64,000 nucleotides of DNA, taken from contig NC_043003.1 in the NCBI RefSeq assembly GCF_006345805.1, positions 55,428,001 through 55,492,000 of the forward strand, given 5' to 3'. This DNA comes from Octopus sinensis. Taxonomy: Eukaryota. The position numbers and the translations under genes were made by a program. The first letter of the stretch is position 1, and every line of letters begins with the position of its first letter. The notes beneath the pieces were generated by a model that made no database searches, was not told where the DNA came from, and saw only the letters and a program-made list of their open reading frames with translations. Positions 40,723 to 54,254 of the stretch are shown piece by piece.

Positions 40723-41016
40723 CACACACATATATATGCGTATGCGTGTGTGTTTGTACTTCATCTAACTAAGAACACATTCTACACGTATCAGGTTTTG
40801 TCTACGTATGCCTTTTTAATTAAATCCAAACAGAGAATCCTCACAGAAATGTATATACATTAGACGAAAGTTTTATTTTAGAAAAAAAAGATGTCTAGGC
40901 TTATAAAATTCATGCTATAAATGCTAGTGTTTCTATATGAATAGGAAAGCACACAGGGACACAAACTCTATCTCTCTCTCTCACTCACACACACTCATAC
41001 ACATATACGTATACTC

Positions 41017-41062
<46 letters not shown>

Positions 41063-41111
41063 TATACATATTTATATATTCACACCACATATATGTATGT
41101 GTGCATATGCT

Positions 41112-41145
<34 letters not shown>

Positions 41146-41428
41146 TGAAATGTGGATTAGATTCCTCTTCGGTTTTCGAATTTGTGCTTTGTGCTTTATA
41201 TTTCATATTAAAGAAAATAATTTTTGATATATATGTTTGTAAATGGGCGCCTTACATGACCATGTATGTAATAATTCTGTTTCAGATAAACTTGGCTCCC
41301 TTCGACCCACTGCGTAACGCTTCGCGTAAGCAACATACTCTTATCACAACATCTGATTTCCGAATGTATTTTGAAGAAATTTTACTTGAGGTGTATATGT
41401 TATTCCATCGTTCACACTCGCACGCACG

Positions 41429-41623
<195 letters not shown>

Positions 41624-41959
41624 ACACACTCATATGCTCACAGACAGACATAAGCTCTGAAACATTCGCTCACTTAATTACAGTCTCTTCCAAACAGGAT
41701 TTTAATGTGACAGTGGAAATATTGGTTTCTAATCTTGTCAAAACCAACAATTTCGTAGGAGGGGTCATATCGATTATATCGCCCTCACTGAACCACGCTC
41801 TCTTCCTTTATCGACCCAGAGAAGATGAAAAGTAAAGACAACCATAGCTTCATTTGAACTCCGAATGTAAAAACGAACGAAATAGCGCAAAGCTTTTTCT
41901 CTGGTGAGCTGACGTTTCTGCCAGCTCATCACCTTCAGGGTATTATTATTATTGCCATG

Positions 41960-42170
41960 ATATGTTAAGCACCAGTTGCATGCTGGGGTCGATCTAATCG
42001 ACTGGCCCCCTCACCCAAAATTTCCAGCTCTGTGCTTAGATTAGAAAGGGATAGTGCTGCGTTCTGTCGGAGTCGATAAATTAAGTACCAATTGCGTACG
42101 GGAGTAGATCTAATCGACTGACCCTCACTCCTAAAAAATTTCGGGCCTTGTGCCTAGAGTAGAAAGGAAT
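41960..42170 (+). mobile_element. Two tandem Nin/Deu-type SINE 3' fragments (older tail)
   Basis: Two copies of GATCTAATCGACTG..AAAATTT..TGTGC(C/T)TAGA.TAGAAAGG. Confidence 0.75.
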
Positions 42171-42464
42171 ATTATTGTTACGTTGTCGTGAGAGTTATGG
42201 TTTTGGTGTGGAAGTTTTGCAATGAAGGAGGTCGTTTTCGGTACAATTCTTGCAATGTTATTGTGCTGAGGTGACCTGTATGCATGCAATCTGTGGCGAT
42301 GGCGATATCAACCAACATATTGAAAAACTTTGTAGGAGAAACCCAACAGTCGAGTGTGTGTCGTTGGGTCATATGGTTCATATCATTTAGTAACTATAAT
42401 TCGCAATGTTGGCCCGGTGGACTCTACAAGTTTTTTTCATTCTCTCTCTGTTTATTTTCCCTTA

Positions 42465-42567
42465 TTCCCCTCTGTTACAGAGCGTGAGCTCGAAATGTAA
42501 AACTAATATACTTGCTTGTCCTTTATACAGCTGTCTTCGTCTTTAGTCTTTCTATAAGTTTCAACTG

Positions 42568-42575
<8 letters not shown>
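42465..42575 (+). mobile_element. PLE-terminus-like repeat with degenerate hammerhead (family of 60866-61070)
   Basis: CTGTTACAGAGCGTGAGCTCGAAATGTAAAAC..CTGTCTTCGTCTTT aligns to the reverse complement of 60890-61000. Confidence 0.65.
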
Positions 42576-42599
<24 letters not shown>

Positions 42600-42602
<3 letters not shown>

Positions 42603-42890
42603 TAACATTTACATGTTTCAGACATTAGACTGACGCCATGCCGTAGCATCGCCTTGAATAACTTTTGGATTGAATGAAGACACCAGTTCTTTTATTTTAT
42701 TATTATTATTATTTTTTTATTTTTTTTTGTAAATCTGGTATTTCTTCTATTGGTGTCTTTAGCCGAACCGCTAAACACACCAACACCAATTGTCAAGCGG
42801 TAGCGGGGGCAAACACAGACAAAGTCCCACACACACATGTGTATGCGACAGGATTCTTTCAGTTTCTTTCAACCAAATCCAGATGAAATC
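42600..42890 (-). mobile_element. CORE-type SINE, degraded
   Basis: CCGAACCGCTAA..CACACCAACACC..TTGTCAAGCG..TTCTTTCAGTTTC..ACCAAATCCA. Confidence 0.7.
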
Positions 42891-45800
42891 CTGTTCCGTT
42901 GTTCAAATTTGACCTCTCCTATTTTAATGGACTGTCAACATGTACGTTGTACTAAAATATGCTTTCCATTGCTTTTTTTCCTTTCTTTCAGAGACATATG
43001 TAATTTGAGGTCACACAGCTGACGAATCTGGTAAGTCGGGTCACTACATTCAACGCCTTCCTGCCTTAGACAACTAACATGTGTTTGTTGCTGTTTATTC
43101 TTAGACTGGCAATTGACCGGTCACTAGTTGACGTATTTAAAATGTCTTGAGTATCAGTCAAATTTGGGCGAAATAAATATTACAAGACAGGCCGTTAGAA
43201 AGCATTGGTTGTAAAGCTTTAATTTGTTTCCCCTATTTACGTACACATATGCATCTGCATACACACATACATACAGACATACATAAATACATACCTACAC
43301 ACACACATATATATCTATGTTTACACGCGTATATACACACGCTTATATACGCATACTTACGCACACACACACAGGCGCGGAATCGTCTTTATATGTCTAT
43401 ATGTTTTTTAACACGATATTTACACACTATCATATATTGCTTCATCTATTTCGAATTCCACTTTTGAAAACGATTTATATATTTATGTATGTATTTACGA
43501 CGGAATCCTTTCACACAATTCCAGTTTATCATATTATCACATTCCATTCAAAGTGCATTGGTCTATCGGTAAATATGTAAGAAGTGCTTTGGTCGTTCCT
43601 TGATTTTATTGATTATAGAAGGATGACAAGCTAAGTCAATCTGGTTACGATTTGATCTCGGTCTGTAAAAGGGACTTAATATAATATGGTTAAGTTATCT
43701 TGTCTGCTGCTCTTAATATTCTGCCAACCAATTAATCCATCATCACTGACAACAAGAGAACCACCATCTCAACAAGAACAACAACGATGGCAAAAACAAT
43801 AGCGGCAACAACAATATCAGCTACAAGACTAGGGAGAGACATTAGTAAGAGTAACATTGAATGTTAAAACGAAAACTAGAACAGCAAAATAAACTTAAAA
43901 GCAGTGGCACGAAGACGAACAATGTGTTCTCGAAGAACAATAGCAATACAAGTTAATGAATACCAAATACAATAGGCATGGCTAAGGAGTGGTGAAGGGT
44001 TGGTTAGTAGAGTTAGGACGGTGGGAAACATCACACTAGCAACAGCCAAAAAATATAATGATAAAAAATCAATAAAAAAAATCTACCAAAATTAGCAAGT
44101 TTTAACAATTACTACCGCGAATGGGCGAGGAGATCAGTTATACATTATATTACAAAATCTATCAATAGAAATAAAATCAAACAACAACTACTATTGGTAC
44201 AATGTGAAGAGTAACATATATAACTGCATCAACAAGATATAATACAATAGCATTGTCACCTACAATGCTGCTATATGAAACGGGTGGTGGTGGTGGTGTG
44301 GGGAATCTCGATGATCCATTCCTAACCCCAATCTCTCATACACCAGTCCAACCATTCATATAGTTCTCTGTATTCAATGTTATTATCAATCTATAACAAG
44401 AGTTCAAAAACTAAGCCAAAAGGACTCGAGCGATATTCATTTTAATTTAGTATTTATTTATTTATGTGGGGTTTTTTCCCCCGTACACATAAACCCAAAC
44501 ATATGGTGCTCGGGAATGAATAGCGGATATAGTAGAGCGAATGATGCATACAATGCATGGACATACACGTAAACATTCCTTGCACACACTCACACACACA
44601 CACATAAACACACAAACACACACTTACACACACGCACAAATATACACACACAGGTATACACATACGCACACATACACCCACGATACACACGTGCACATGC
44701 ACGCAAGCGCACACCTTTGATCATAAGTCTCTGATCAGTTCTGATTGGGGCGAGGAAGGCGCTAAAACTATTATCTTTAACAAACCGACGATCGAGCATG
44801 GAATATCTACGTAGCTAAACCACATGCTAGAAATAACAGCCAAATATCTTCAAATTGTACCATCGTGCCATCTTGAAAATAGAGAAATATAAGAAATTCA
44901 TTAAATAATGTAGTTGTGAAAATAGGATCGTGTTGTTCTTAGCACTAAGGATGATTCGTTCGATTAAAATCCCTTTAAGGTGTCACCCCAGCATGGCCGT
45001 AGCCTAAAGACTGAAACAAGTAAAAGGTAAAAGATAGTAACAGATAATTACTCTGTGGAAAAATGACGTGCTAGAATTAGCATTTAAATTTTTCTCTCGT
45101 CACATCAGACAGTGTAAACTGTGTAAATGATACATTCACTAATCTATTCGTTTATCTCTGTGTCTGAATAAAAGTTTACTGGAGCATCTATGATCATGAG
45201 ATTATTTAATCAGCGCTGACTAGAATCGGCAGCAAATAATTATCATATTTCATCTTAACGTATCTTAGAAAAGACAGAATTAAGCATCGAATAATTACTC
45301 ATTCAGAAATGACTGTATAGCAACAACTGGAATGTTTGGGGGAATGATTCCTCACACGAAGTCGTACTTAGTGTACAAATCCACAATAACAATATCAGAG
45401 TGTTGTGTGTGCTCGTTCAAGGTTGAGCGTTTTTTAATCATTCTTCTGCCATTAATGACCATGGTTAAGGTTCCTAGTTGTCTGCCCTATGAAATAGCTT
45501 TATCTGTTGCTGAACAACCCCATGCGAAAATGGCAATCTATGCCAGACAGGCTGGTCTTGTGGGTTTTACCGATACTCTTTCAGTTGGAAGATTCTATCT
45601 CTCTAACACAGGGTGTTCTGTAAGATCCATTCCTGGACGGTATGAAATATGGCTCTCATATCCCCGTCACTGACGTATCGGAAGAACAGCACGGTTGTTA
45701 CAATTTGGCACCAGTGTCTTCGTACAAATTGCTACAACGAGGTTGTAAACAATATGGAACTACCTCAGAGGATTCCACTCCGGTTTTCTTCTCAGTGTTA

Positions 45801-46017
45801 ATTCCTGCTGTTATAGCCATGAATGGATCGCAAGGCAACGTATGTTTAGGAGCAAAGTTCTCTTTAAAGTCAATATATGAACATTTGGTTATTAACACAA
45901 ACATTTTTCCTACATAAAGCTCAGTAATTCCTTAATTAGGGAGTGATAATTTAAGTATATATTTTATACAGTATGATAAGAGAATTTGCAGTGTGTTTAG
46001 TTGTTATATGTCTACCG

Positions 46018-46114
46018 AACTGTATATCTATCTATCTGTCTATCTATCTATCTGTCTATCTATATATATGTCTATCTATCTATCTGTCTATCTATTTATC
46101 TATCTATCCGTGTA

Positions 46115-46149
<35 letters not shown>

Positions 46150-46285
46150 ATCTATCTGTCTGTTTGTCTATTTATCCATCCATCTATCTATCTATCTATC
46201 CCTCTCTCTCTCTATCTATCTAGTTGTATGTCTGTCTGTCTCTCTCTCTCTCTCTATTTATTATCTATCTATCTATCTATCTATT
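46018..46285 (+). repeat. Compound (TATC)n/(TC)n microsatellite
   Basis: Visible directly. Confidence 0.93.
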
Positions 46286-47519
46286 GACAGACATATCTTG
46301 TCAAGAGCAAAATGCATTCGCAATTTATCAGCTACACAGTAGATTCGGGTTCGACCCAAATGTGAAACATTTTTGGCATGAATGAACTTCTACTTTAGTC
46401 TTGATTCGAGCAATATATTCTGAATGAAATTGGGCAGACAAAAACAGAGATGTCGAAGAAACATGTTTGTCAAGTTGAAGTTTGTCTATGACAAACTCAA
46501 TGTTTCGTGCAATTTTACGCCAAATCCTAAACTCTGGACACATTTTGGAGGTTCTTTTCTGTTGCAAGAATTCTGGTTTGAAATTAGTCCCCCCCCCTGG
46601 CCATTCACAGAAGAGTCATTGACTGCTGTCGTTTATCCATGTGTTAAAACTTCACAAAAATGAATAAAGAAATAACGATATAAATAAAAATAGAATTTTT
46701 TTTAAAGGGAAATCTGTTGAGGCTTGTTCTTTCCTTATCTTCCCACTGAGCTCTGGTTGAGTGAGGAAAATAAAATCCCTTGCAATTCCGTAATATTCCC
46801 TGCACAGCTATATATATATTAAAAGCCGTGAAAGTAAAAATCCGTTTATAAAAAGGAGTTGAGAATCCTTTTGCTTGGTCCAGGTTTATTCTTCATTGAA
46901 AAGAACGCAGTCTGCACATGCACTGTATATGACCAGCCTTATTAACTTTAAAATACGACTTTTCCAGATGTACTGTATCTTGTTTCATACAAATCACTCC
47001 CCGTCTTAGCATGTCACGGAACCTTTAATACTATCAGCAACCTCCTTGTTTTTCTTTCTTTCATCGGAACACATTGGCTGGTGGCCCTATAGAAATTCCC
47101 CTCACTGCCAACAAAGTAGTTGCCTTTAGAAGATTCAAATCAGAAGATTCGTGATGCATATCTTGTTGAACTATGACATTCAAAATGGAACTGTCCCAGC
47201 CATCACCAATCATTATGAACCAAAACTGATCATGCTTTGTGCAAAATACAGATAATTGAACTAAAGAGTTTCAAGAACAATAGGTACCTTTGAAGCTGAT
47301 ATCTAGCACTTTCTTTATGATTAGAATGAATTTTATCTTTAAGCAAAGTTTTGTCCCCATCGACAACTATGCAGAAGTGATCAACATGTGAGGAGAGTGT
47401 GTAACTCGCTGATTTTGTTATATATTTGTTGCAAAAAACGTGTTAACTTCCCTTGAAAGGGCTGCAATAAAAGACGGTGTGTTTCATAGTGAAACAATAA
47501 TAATGATAATTCCATTTAC

Positions 47520-47722
47520 TAAAGGTACGAGGCCCGAAATTTCTAAAGAGGGGACTAGTCAAGTACATCGACCATAGTGTTTCACTGGTACTTAATTTAT
47601 CGACACCGAAAGGATGAAAGGCAAAATCCTACTCGGTGGAATTTCGACTCAGAACGTAGAGACGGACGAAACACTGCGAAGCGTTTCTCCCGGCTAGATA
47701 ACGGTACTGCCTTCTCGCTGCC

Positions 47723-47724
<2 letters not shown>
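47520..47724 (-). mobile_element. Nin/Deu-type SINE, older tail, next to (TAA)n at 47723-47786
   Basis: CTGGTACTTAATTTATCGACACCGAAAGGATGAAAGGC..CTCAGAACGTAGAGACGGACGAAA. Confidence 0.85.
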
Positions 47725-47770
<46 letters not shown>

Positions 47771-50397
47771 TAATAATAATAATAAGATGGGCGTGCATGA
47801 GGTGTTTTTACCATCACCGTAAAGGAAATGATGTGGTGTCGGAGCAATATAATTCTTAGATAAGTATCGATGTTTATTTGGAGCTTAGAAAACAGGCCTA
47901 AAATTCTCTCCTGCTGGGAGAATTACAAAACACCAATAGAGAAATTAACGATAACATCTAATGTTGCCTCAGTTCTCGAAATTATATACGCCTCTTTTAT
48001 TGTTCACTATATTCTGCTGACTCAGTAATCTTGTTCGTTTGATAGGCACAAAATACAGATTTAATATAGCTGTTTTATAATTCTTTGAATATGGGACAAT
48101 GATGACTGACTTTTTGGTTAAGGAATACGTCTTGTAATTATGTGATTCTGATCCAGCATGTGGCACGACAGTACCTAAGGGTCTTCTAACATATCCTCCC
48201 TTCAACCAATACCTTCTAAATACAAATTTTGGATAGGAAGCGCGTGGAAACCTACTAGATAGATGGATAGTAAATTTAAACGAAGTCACGTTTGAATAAT
48301 TAGACTGAACGCTCTTGCAGCTATTTGAGCGAGGTTTATGTTAGGAAAACTTACCCGCTCATCAACAGTCTCGTGGAAAATGGAAAATATCACCAATTGG
48401 CACCCTTCCTCTTCAGACCAAGCAATAAAAATTATATCAAATATAAAAGTCGACAGATATATTACAGGGTTATGTGAATAATCAAAGCAAATGTTTTACT
48501 GACAGAGCTTGAATGATAAAAACACAAAGATGAGATTTATTAAACACATTTATTACTGGCTGGCATTTTGTCAGACTCTCTACTGCTTGTTCCAATTTAC
48601 CACCCACTACAAACACCCAAATCAATATTTGTTTCATTGCTAACCAGACAAAAAACAAATAATGCTTCATGTTTTATAGAAATTCACTAAAACATCAAAA
48701 TTCTGTCCCTTGCCTTCATTTTAAATATTGTTATTGTTGTTGTTGTCTTAAGCTTGTACTCAAACTCGATTGCCGAGAACTGTCGCCAAATGCGTTCGAG
48801 TAATGACTATACTGTCTAGTGTTGCGACATATTGTATCTGTTCCTAAATTTTCCCGTCAATCTACTCGTACTCTATGATACCTGTAGCGTATGGTTTGTG
48901 AGAGATTTCGCTACTATTTCAAGAAAACTATTCATCAGGTAGGAAGGAAGGTGTCGGATAGACGTATCAAAAAGAAGTTCCAACCATGCTCTCCTTGATA
49001 TACACGCGTATATAAAATGTATATAATAAGGACAACTTTCATGTTTGAAAAATAATATATCCATTCTAACCGCGAACATAACAGTTGTTTTCCGCACATT
49101 GTATCGTATCCAGTATCATCCAAATAATTTACTTTTCCTTTCGTAAATCTTTAATGTGTGATTGCAGTGAGACACGTGTTTATTTACGAATGGAATTTCT
49201 CGTGTAGTTTCACTTAAATCAAAGAAAGTAGTAGTTAACTACCTGTGAAGTAATGGTATCGACAGGTCATTTAATTCATACATCTCATAGCTGTTGTCGC
49301 ATCAATCTGATCGGTCTATATCCTTGATATTACACTCAAACGATATATCATCTTAAAAAGGGAGACTAATAGTGACGGACTCTATTAGTCTCAGCGATGA
49401 ACAGCGGTCTAATCTCTAACTTATAAAGTATATGGCTGGGTTTTACACAAAGATTTGTACACTTAGCCTAATTTTCAGCCTGAATCAGTGAGACACGATA
49501 TGTGTTAAGATCGAACATTTAATTTACAAGTACCATCCGTGTAATAGACTTTCAAATAGTCTCCCAAGAGATTCAACATAAATGAATGCAAAAATCAGAA
49601 CCTCACACCTGCGAGGCGAATGTCTGAACGTAATGATCATACCACTTCTCTACGTCGTTCAGAAATAGGTACGCATTAAGCAAGGTTGTTCTTATAGACC
49701 ATTAAAATGTGAATCGATCAGTAAAGTCACCGTCACATAATAATCTTCAGTTGTAGGGAACATACTTCTTTATCTCCTTCACCATTGGAATCATATCAAA
49801 CAAATGATATACCGTTTTTTTTTTAATATAGCAAAAGCATAGATAGGCTTAGATATGGCTGTTTTATACTCTTTTCCCTGTCACGTCCAGACCCACTTCG
49901 CAGCAACTTCTACTACAGTCCTGGGCCTATCAATGCCTTGTGAGGGAAATTTATTGCTGGAAACTGTGTGGATGCTTATATGTGTGTATATGTATGTGAG
50001 TGCGTGTGTATATCTGTGTACATGTACGTGTATATTTGTCATCCTCACCGTTACGCGAACGATTAGTTTCTTTAGTTCTCCATGCAGCAAAAAAAAAAAA
50101 CCAGAATATGTATGGGACTTTAAAAAAGAACTGTAGTTGATTTACTCAACTAAACACTGCAAGGCGGTGCCCCAACATTGCCTCAATCCTATGGTTGAAA
50201 CGAGTAGAAGATTAAAAATAGTTTTATGTTATCTCAGACTTTACTAGTTCATTATCTCCAAATATAATGAAGCTGTAGTAATGTGCATAATACAATATAT
50301 TATCTAACATGGAAAATTAATTTAAGGATACATTATAGAACATAAATCTAGTCAATATAAACAGTGCCAATATTTATCAACATTGGCACTGTTTAAA

Positions 50398-50570
50398 AGG
50401 CAGCCAGCTGGCAGGATCGTTAGCACGCTGGACAGAATACTTCCGCCAAGATAAACTTTGTCTTTCATCCTTTCGGGGTCGATAAAATAGGTACGGGTTG
50501 TCACTGTAATCGACAAGCCACCTTACGCGAAATTGTTGTCCTTGAGCCAAATTTGAAGCCAAAAATGATA
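50398..50570 (+). mobile_element. Nin/Deu-type SINE with internal deletion
   Basis: AGCTGGCAGGATCGTTAGCACG joined to TTCCGCC..CTTTCATCCTTTCGGGGTCGATAAAA. Confidence 0.75.
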
Positions 50571-50807
50571 AATGTGCTTTTTTCAATGTAAAATAAATAT
50601 CTTTTCTGTCTGGAACATGATATTTTTTACAGCAAAGAAGCATTTCGCACGAGGAAAGTATTGCCTAGCTATATATCTAAAATAGAGTGTATTCACTCAC
50701 TATACAATGAATGGTGCCTGTGCTTCCATGCTCGAACTACAGGAAATAACAACCAAATTTTCTTCAAATCACCGTTTGCCTTCTAATAAATTATGGTATT
50801 AAAAAGT

Positions 50808-51322
50808 GATTTCAGATTTTGGCACAAGGCCAGCAATTTCGGAGGTGGGGATAACTCGATCACTCGTCAATCGCATTATTCAACTGGTACTTATTTCATA
50901 AGCCTCCGAAAGGATGAAATGTAAAGTCGACCATGGCGAAATTTTAACTCAGAGCGTAAAGACGGACGAGATGGCGCTAAGCCCGGTGTGCCAGGCCGCT
51001 CAGCTTATTGTCTGTTGTGTCAGGCAGCTCAGCTTTATGCCCGGCGTGACACACCACTCAGCTTTTTGCCCGGCGTGCCAGGTCGCTCAGCTTTTTGCCC
51101 GCCGTGCCAGTCCGATCAGCTTATTGATCGGCATGCCAGACCACTCAGGTTTATGCCCGGCACGCCAGGCCGCTAAGCTTTTTGTCTGTCGTTCTAGGCC
51201 ACTTAGGTTTATACCCGGCGTGCAAAACCACTCAGCTTATTGCCTGGCACTCCAGGTCTATCAGCATATTGCCCGGAGTGCCAGTTCGCTCAGCATTTAA
51301 CCCGGCGTGCCAGCTCGCCGCC
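50808..51322 (-). mobile_element. Nin/Deu-type SINE whose head contains a 29-bp minisatellite
   Basis: Tail and core at 50808-50975; head start CAGCTCGCCGCC ends at 51322; array lies between them. Confidence 0.85.
50998..51316 (+). repeat. 29-bp minisatellite, 11 units, consensus ~GCTCAGCTTTTTGCCCGGCGTGCCAGGCC
   Basis: Counted 11 consecutive 29-bp units (319 bp) plus a partial unit from ~50976; no spacers. Confidence 0.92.
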
Positions 51323-51929
51323 TTAATTACGTTATCTAATATGAAAGTGTGTAATATAATTATAAAACAAAATACACGTTAGTTAAACAAGCAACCCGTT
51401 CAAAAAATATAACCAGATGGAGTATCATGACTGGGGCACTTTTCAGCATTGTCTACTATAAAAATAGTAGCCTGTGTATCATAAGTAGCAAAATCGTATC
51501 CAGTCATAACCTACTCCCTCCTTCCCGCAACATCTCTCTTCCATAACACTCACTGCACCCTGATAATATTGTATTTAGTCAATCCATCCTCACTCATATC
51601 TAAACCTTTCGCTGATAAAACTTATTATTCTAAGAACCCAGCATCATATTCAGTAGTGTCTCCACTCCTCCGCTAACAGTTTCATCATTAATGTCTACAA
51701 CCACCGTTGTCCACAATCTACGCAACAATAAAACCAAATATCCGCCCACGCCCCACACCCATACACACATACACCCGACACTCCGTCTGCTTTTCCTTTA
51801 TGGAATTTATTGTAATTAATAGCGCCGCCCACCTCCCATCCATTAACAAATGTCGGGAATATGATTGGTTAAGTGCCCTACACTTGTTAGGAACAATTTT
51901 TGAGAAAACAATGCATGTCGTCAGTGGCA

Positions 51930-52380
51930 TCGGCGACAGCAATAAATGTATCATCATCATCACCAGCAGCAGCAGCAGCAACAGCGTCATCACCATTGTT
52001 GTCATCGTCGTCATCATCATCATCATCGACATCATCGTCTTCCTATTCATCATCATTGTCTTCATCATCTTCATCATCTTCATCATTATCATCGTCATCG
52101 TCATCAGCAGTCATCGTTGTCATCAGTATTGCTGTGATTGTCATCATCATCATCATTGTCGTCGTCGTCGTATTCATCGTCATCGTCATCATCGTCATCA
52201 TCATCATTATCATCGGCATCATCATCATCATTATCAAGTCATCATCATCGTAACCATAATCATGTCGTCATCATCGTCATCATCATCATTGTCGTTGTCA
52301 TCATCATCGTCATCATTACCATTGTCGTCATCGTCATCGTCGTCATCAACATCATCATCATCAACATTGTTACCATCAAC
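51930..52380 (+). repeat. Degenerate (CAT)/(CGT) trinucleotide block
   Basis: Source of the poly-H/S/I ORFs. Confidence 0.9.
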
Positions 52381-52818
52381 CTTTGCAAAGGTAACTATTT
52401 CGCTCCTCTAATAACAGCATAATTCCTGCCAACACTAAACCGAGATCAAATTCACAGACAGTCCTACCGTAACCACCACCACAATCAGCACGGATCAAAT
52501 CAACCACACGAACAAGACAAATAATACTAACACAAGGGAAGGATCTTCTATGTGGCCACTTGACCTGTCAGAAATATTGACCAAATACTCTCAAAGTATG
52601 CTTCACTGTTTTGGGGACAAAATGCGTTGGGTACTGTGTTTTGAGGTTCCGGGAACATAGGAATTTTCGGTAGGGTCACGACTGGGTCAACTGTGAACAT
52701 AAGGGTACTAGTCTAAGTATAACTTGGAGCTGAACAGCGAAAAGGACGACTGGAATAATAATTCTTGCTAGGTTTATTTACGCTACATTGCCTCCTATGT
52801 TAATATCACCCCGAGGTT

Positions 52819-53530
52819 AGGCGGCAAGCTGGCGGAATCGTTAGCACCCGGGAGAAATGCTTAAAGGTATTTCGTCTGCTGTTACGTTCTGAGTTCAAAT
52901 TCCGCCGATGTCGACTTTGCCTTTCATGCTTTTGGGGTCGATAAATTAAGTTCCAGTTACACACTGGGGTAGATGTAATTTACTTAATCCGTTTGTCTGT
53001 CCTTGTTTATCCTCTCCGTGTTTAGCCCCTTGTGGGTAGTAAAGAAATAGATATTTCGACTGTCTTTATGTTCTGAGTTCAAATTCCGCCGAAGCCGTCT
53101 TTGATGTGTGGGCGTTAAGGCGGCGAGCTCTCAGAAATGTCAGCAGGGCGGGCGAAATTCTTAAGGGTATTTCGTCTGCTGTTACGTTCTGAGTTCAAAT
53201 TCCGCTGAGGTCGACTTTGCCTTTCATACTCTGGGGATCGATAAGTTAAGTAACAGTTACACACTGGGGTCGATGTAATCGACTTAATCCGTTTGTCTGT
53301 ACTTGTTTGTCCCCTCTGGGTGTAGCTCCTAGTGAGCAGTAAAGAAATAAGAACCGTTAGCATGCCGGGCGAAATGCTGAGCACTATTTAGTCTGTCTTT
53401 ATGTTCTGAGTTCAGATTCCGCCGAGATCGGCTTTGCCTTCATCCTTTCGGGGTCGATGAATTAAGTACCAATTTCATACTGGGGTAGATCTAATCAACT
53501 GGCCCCCTCCCCCAAAATTTCGGGTCTCGT
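52819..53530 (+). mobile_element. Nested/tandem cluster of Nin/Deu-type SINEs
   Basis: LINE-tail copy 52819-53049 followed by GATATTTCGACTGTC...; LINE-tail copy 53118-53349 followed by AGAACCGTTAGC... of an older-tail copy. Confidence 0.9.
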
Positions 53531-53832
53531 GCCAAGACTCGAACAGAGTATCACCCCGAGATGACTCACATGATTCCAGTATTAGAATAATACTCCCAAC
53601 TGATATCGCCTTTAATTTGTAGAAGTGACATGAGTACCGGTAATATACTAGATGTATTATCTCAATGCCATAGAAACTGTATAAGAACTGCTTACCTTAT
53701 AACCCATTTTGATGTAAAGATACGTACATACATAGATACGCAGTTAAAATCCAACGTAGACGTGCATACTCACATACACACACACAAGCACACATATACG
53801 CACATGTATATTGCAATAGCTATGTTGAAATG

Positions 53833-54250
53833 TAGCGAGCCAACAGATTCGTTAGCGCGCCGGGCAAAATGCTTACAGGCATTTCGTCCGTATTTACGGT
53901 CTGGGTTCAGGTGCCACCAAGGTCACCTTTATCGCTCATTCTTTCGGAATTGATAAATTAAATAACAGTCAATTATTGGAGTCGGTATAATCGGGCTAGT
54001 CCCTTGCTCCCAAATTTCAGGTTGTGTGCACTTGGTAGAAAAGATTATGTAAACTGGTTTAAAGGTGGCGGGTTAGCAAGATCGTCAGCGCTCCATATTG
54101 TATGCTTAGCTGCATTTCATCCAATTTTATATCCTGAGTTCAAGTCCCACTTGTCTTTCATTCTTTCGGGATTGATGAAATAAAAGTATCAACCACGTAC
54201 CGCAGAAGATCGATATAATCGGATAGAGACCCGCCTCTAAATTTGCTGCT
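53833..54250 (+). mobile_element. Two degraded older-tail Nin/Deu-type SINEs
   Basis: Heads at ~53833 and ~54062, each with core TTCATTCTTTCGG.ATTGAT.AAAT. Confidence 0.7.
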
Positions 54251-54254
54251 TTCT

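Noticed and set aside
44461-44493. Small hairpin, possible Helitron end
   Set aside because: No CTRR terminus at the expected distance and no second copy in the window.
45332-45917. Cluster of 68-113 aa ORFs in unique sequence
   Set aside because: No recognisable motif in any frame.
48905-48948. Minus-strand CTAC-CTGATGA..GAAA-TA-GTAG hammerhead relic
   Set aside because: Helix III missing and stem II mismatched; possibly a decayed copy but unsupported.
49585-49660. Faint tRNA-like sequence on minus
   Set aside because: No cloverleaf could be drawn.
50998-51316. CRISPR-like 29-bp periodicity
   Set aside because: Contiguous units without unique spacers, eukaryotic context, and derived from a SINE head.
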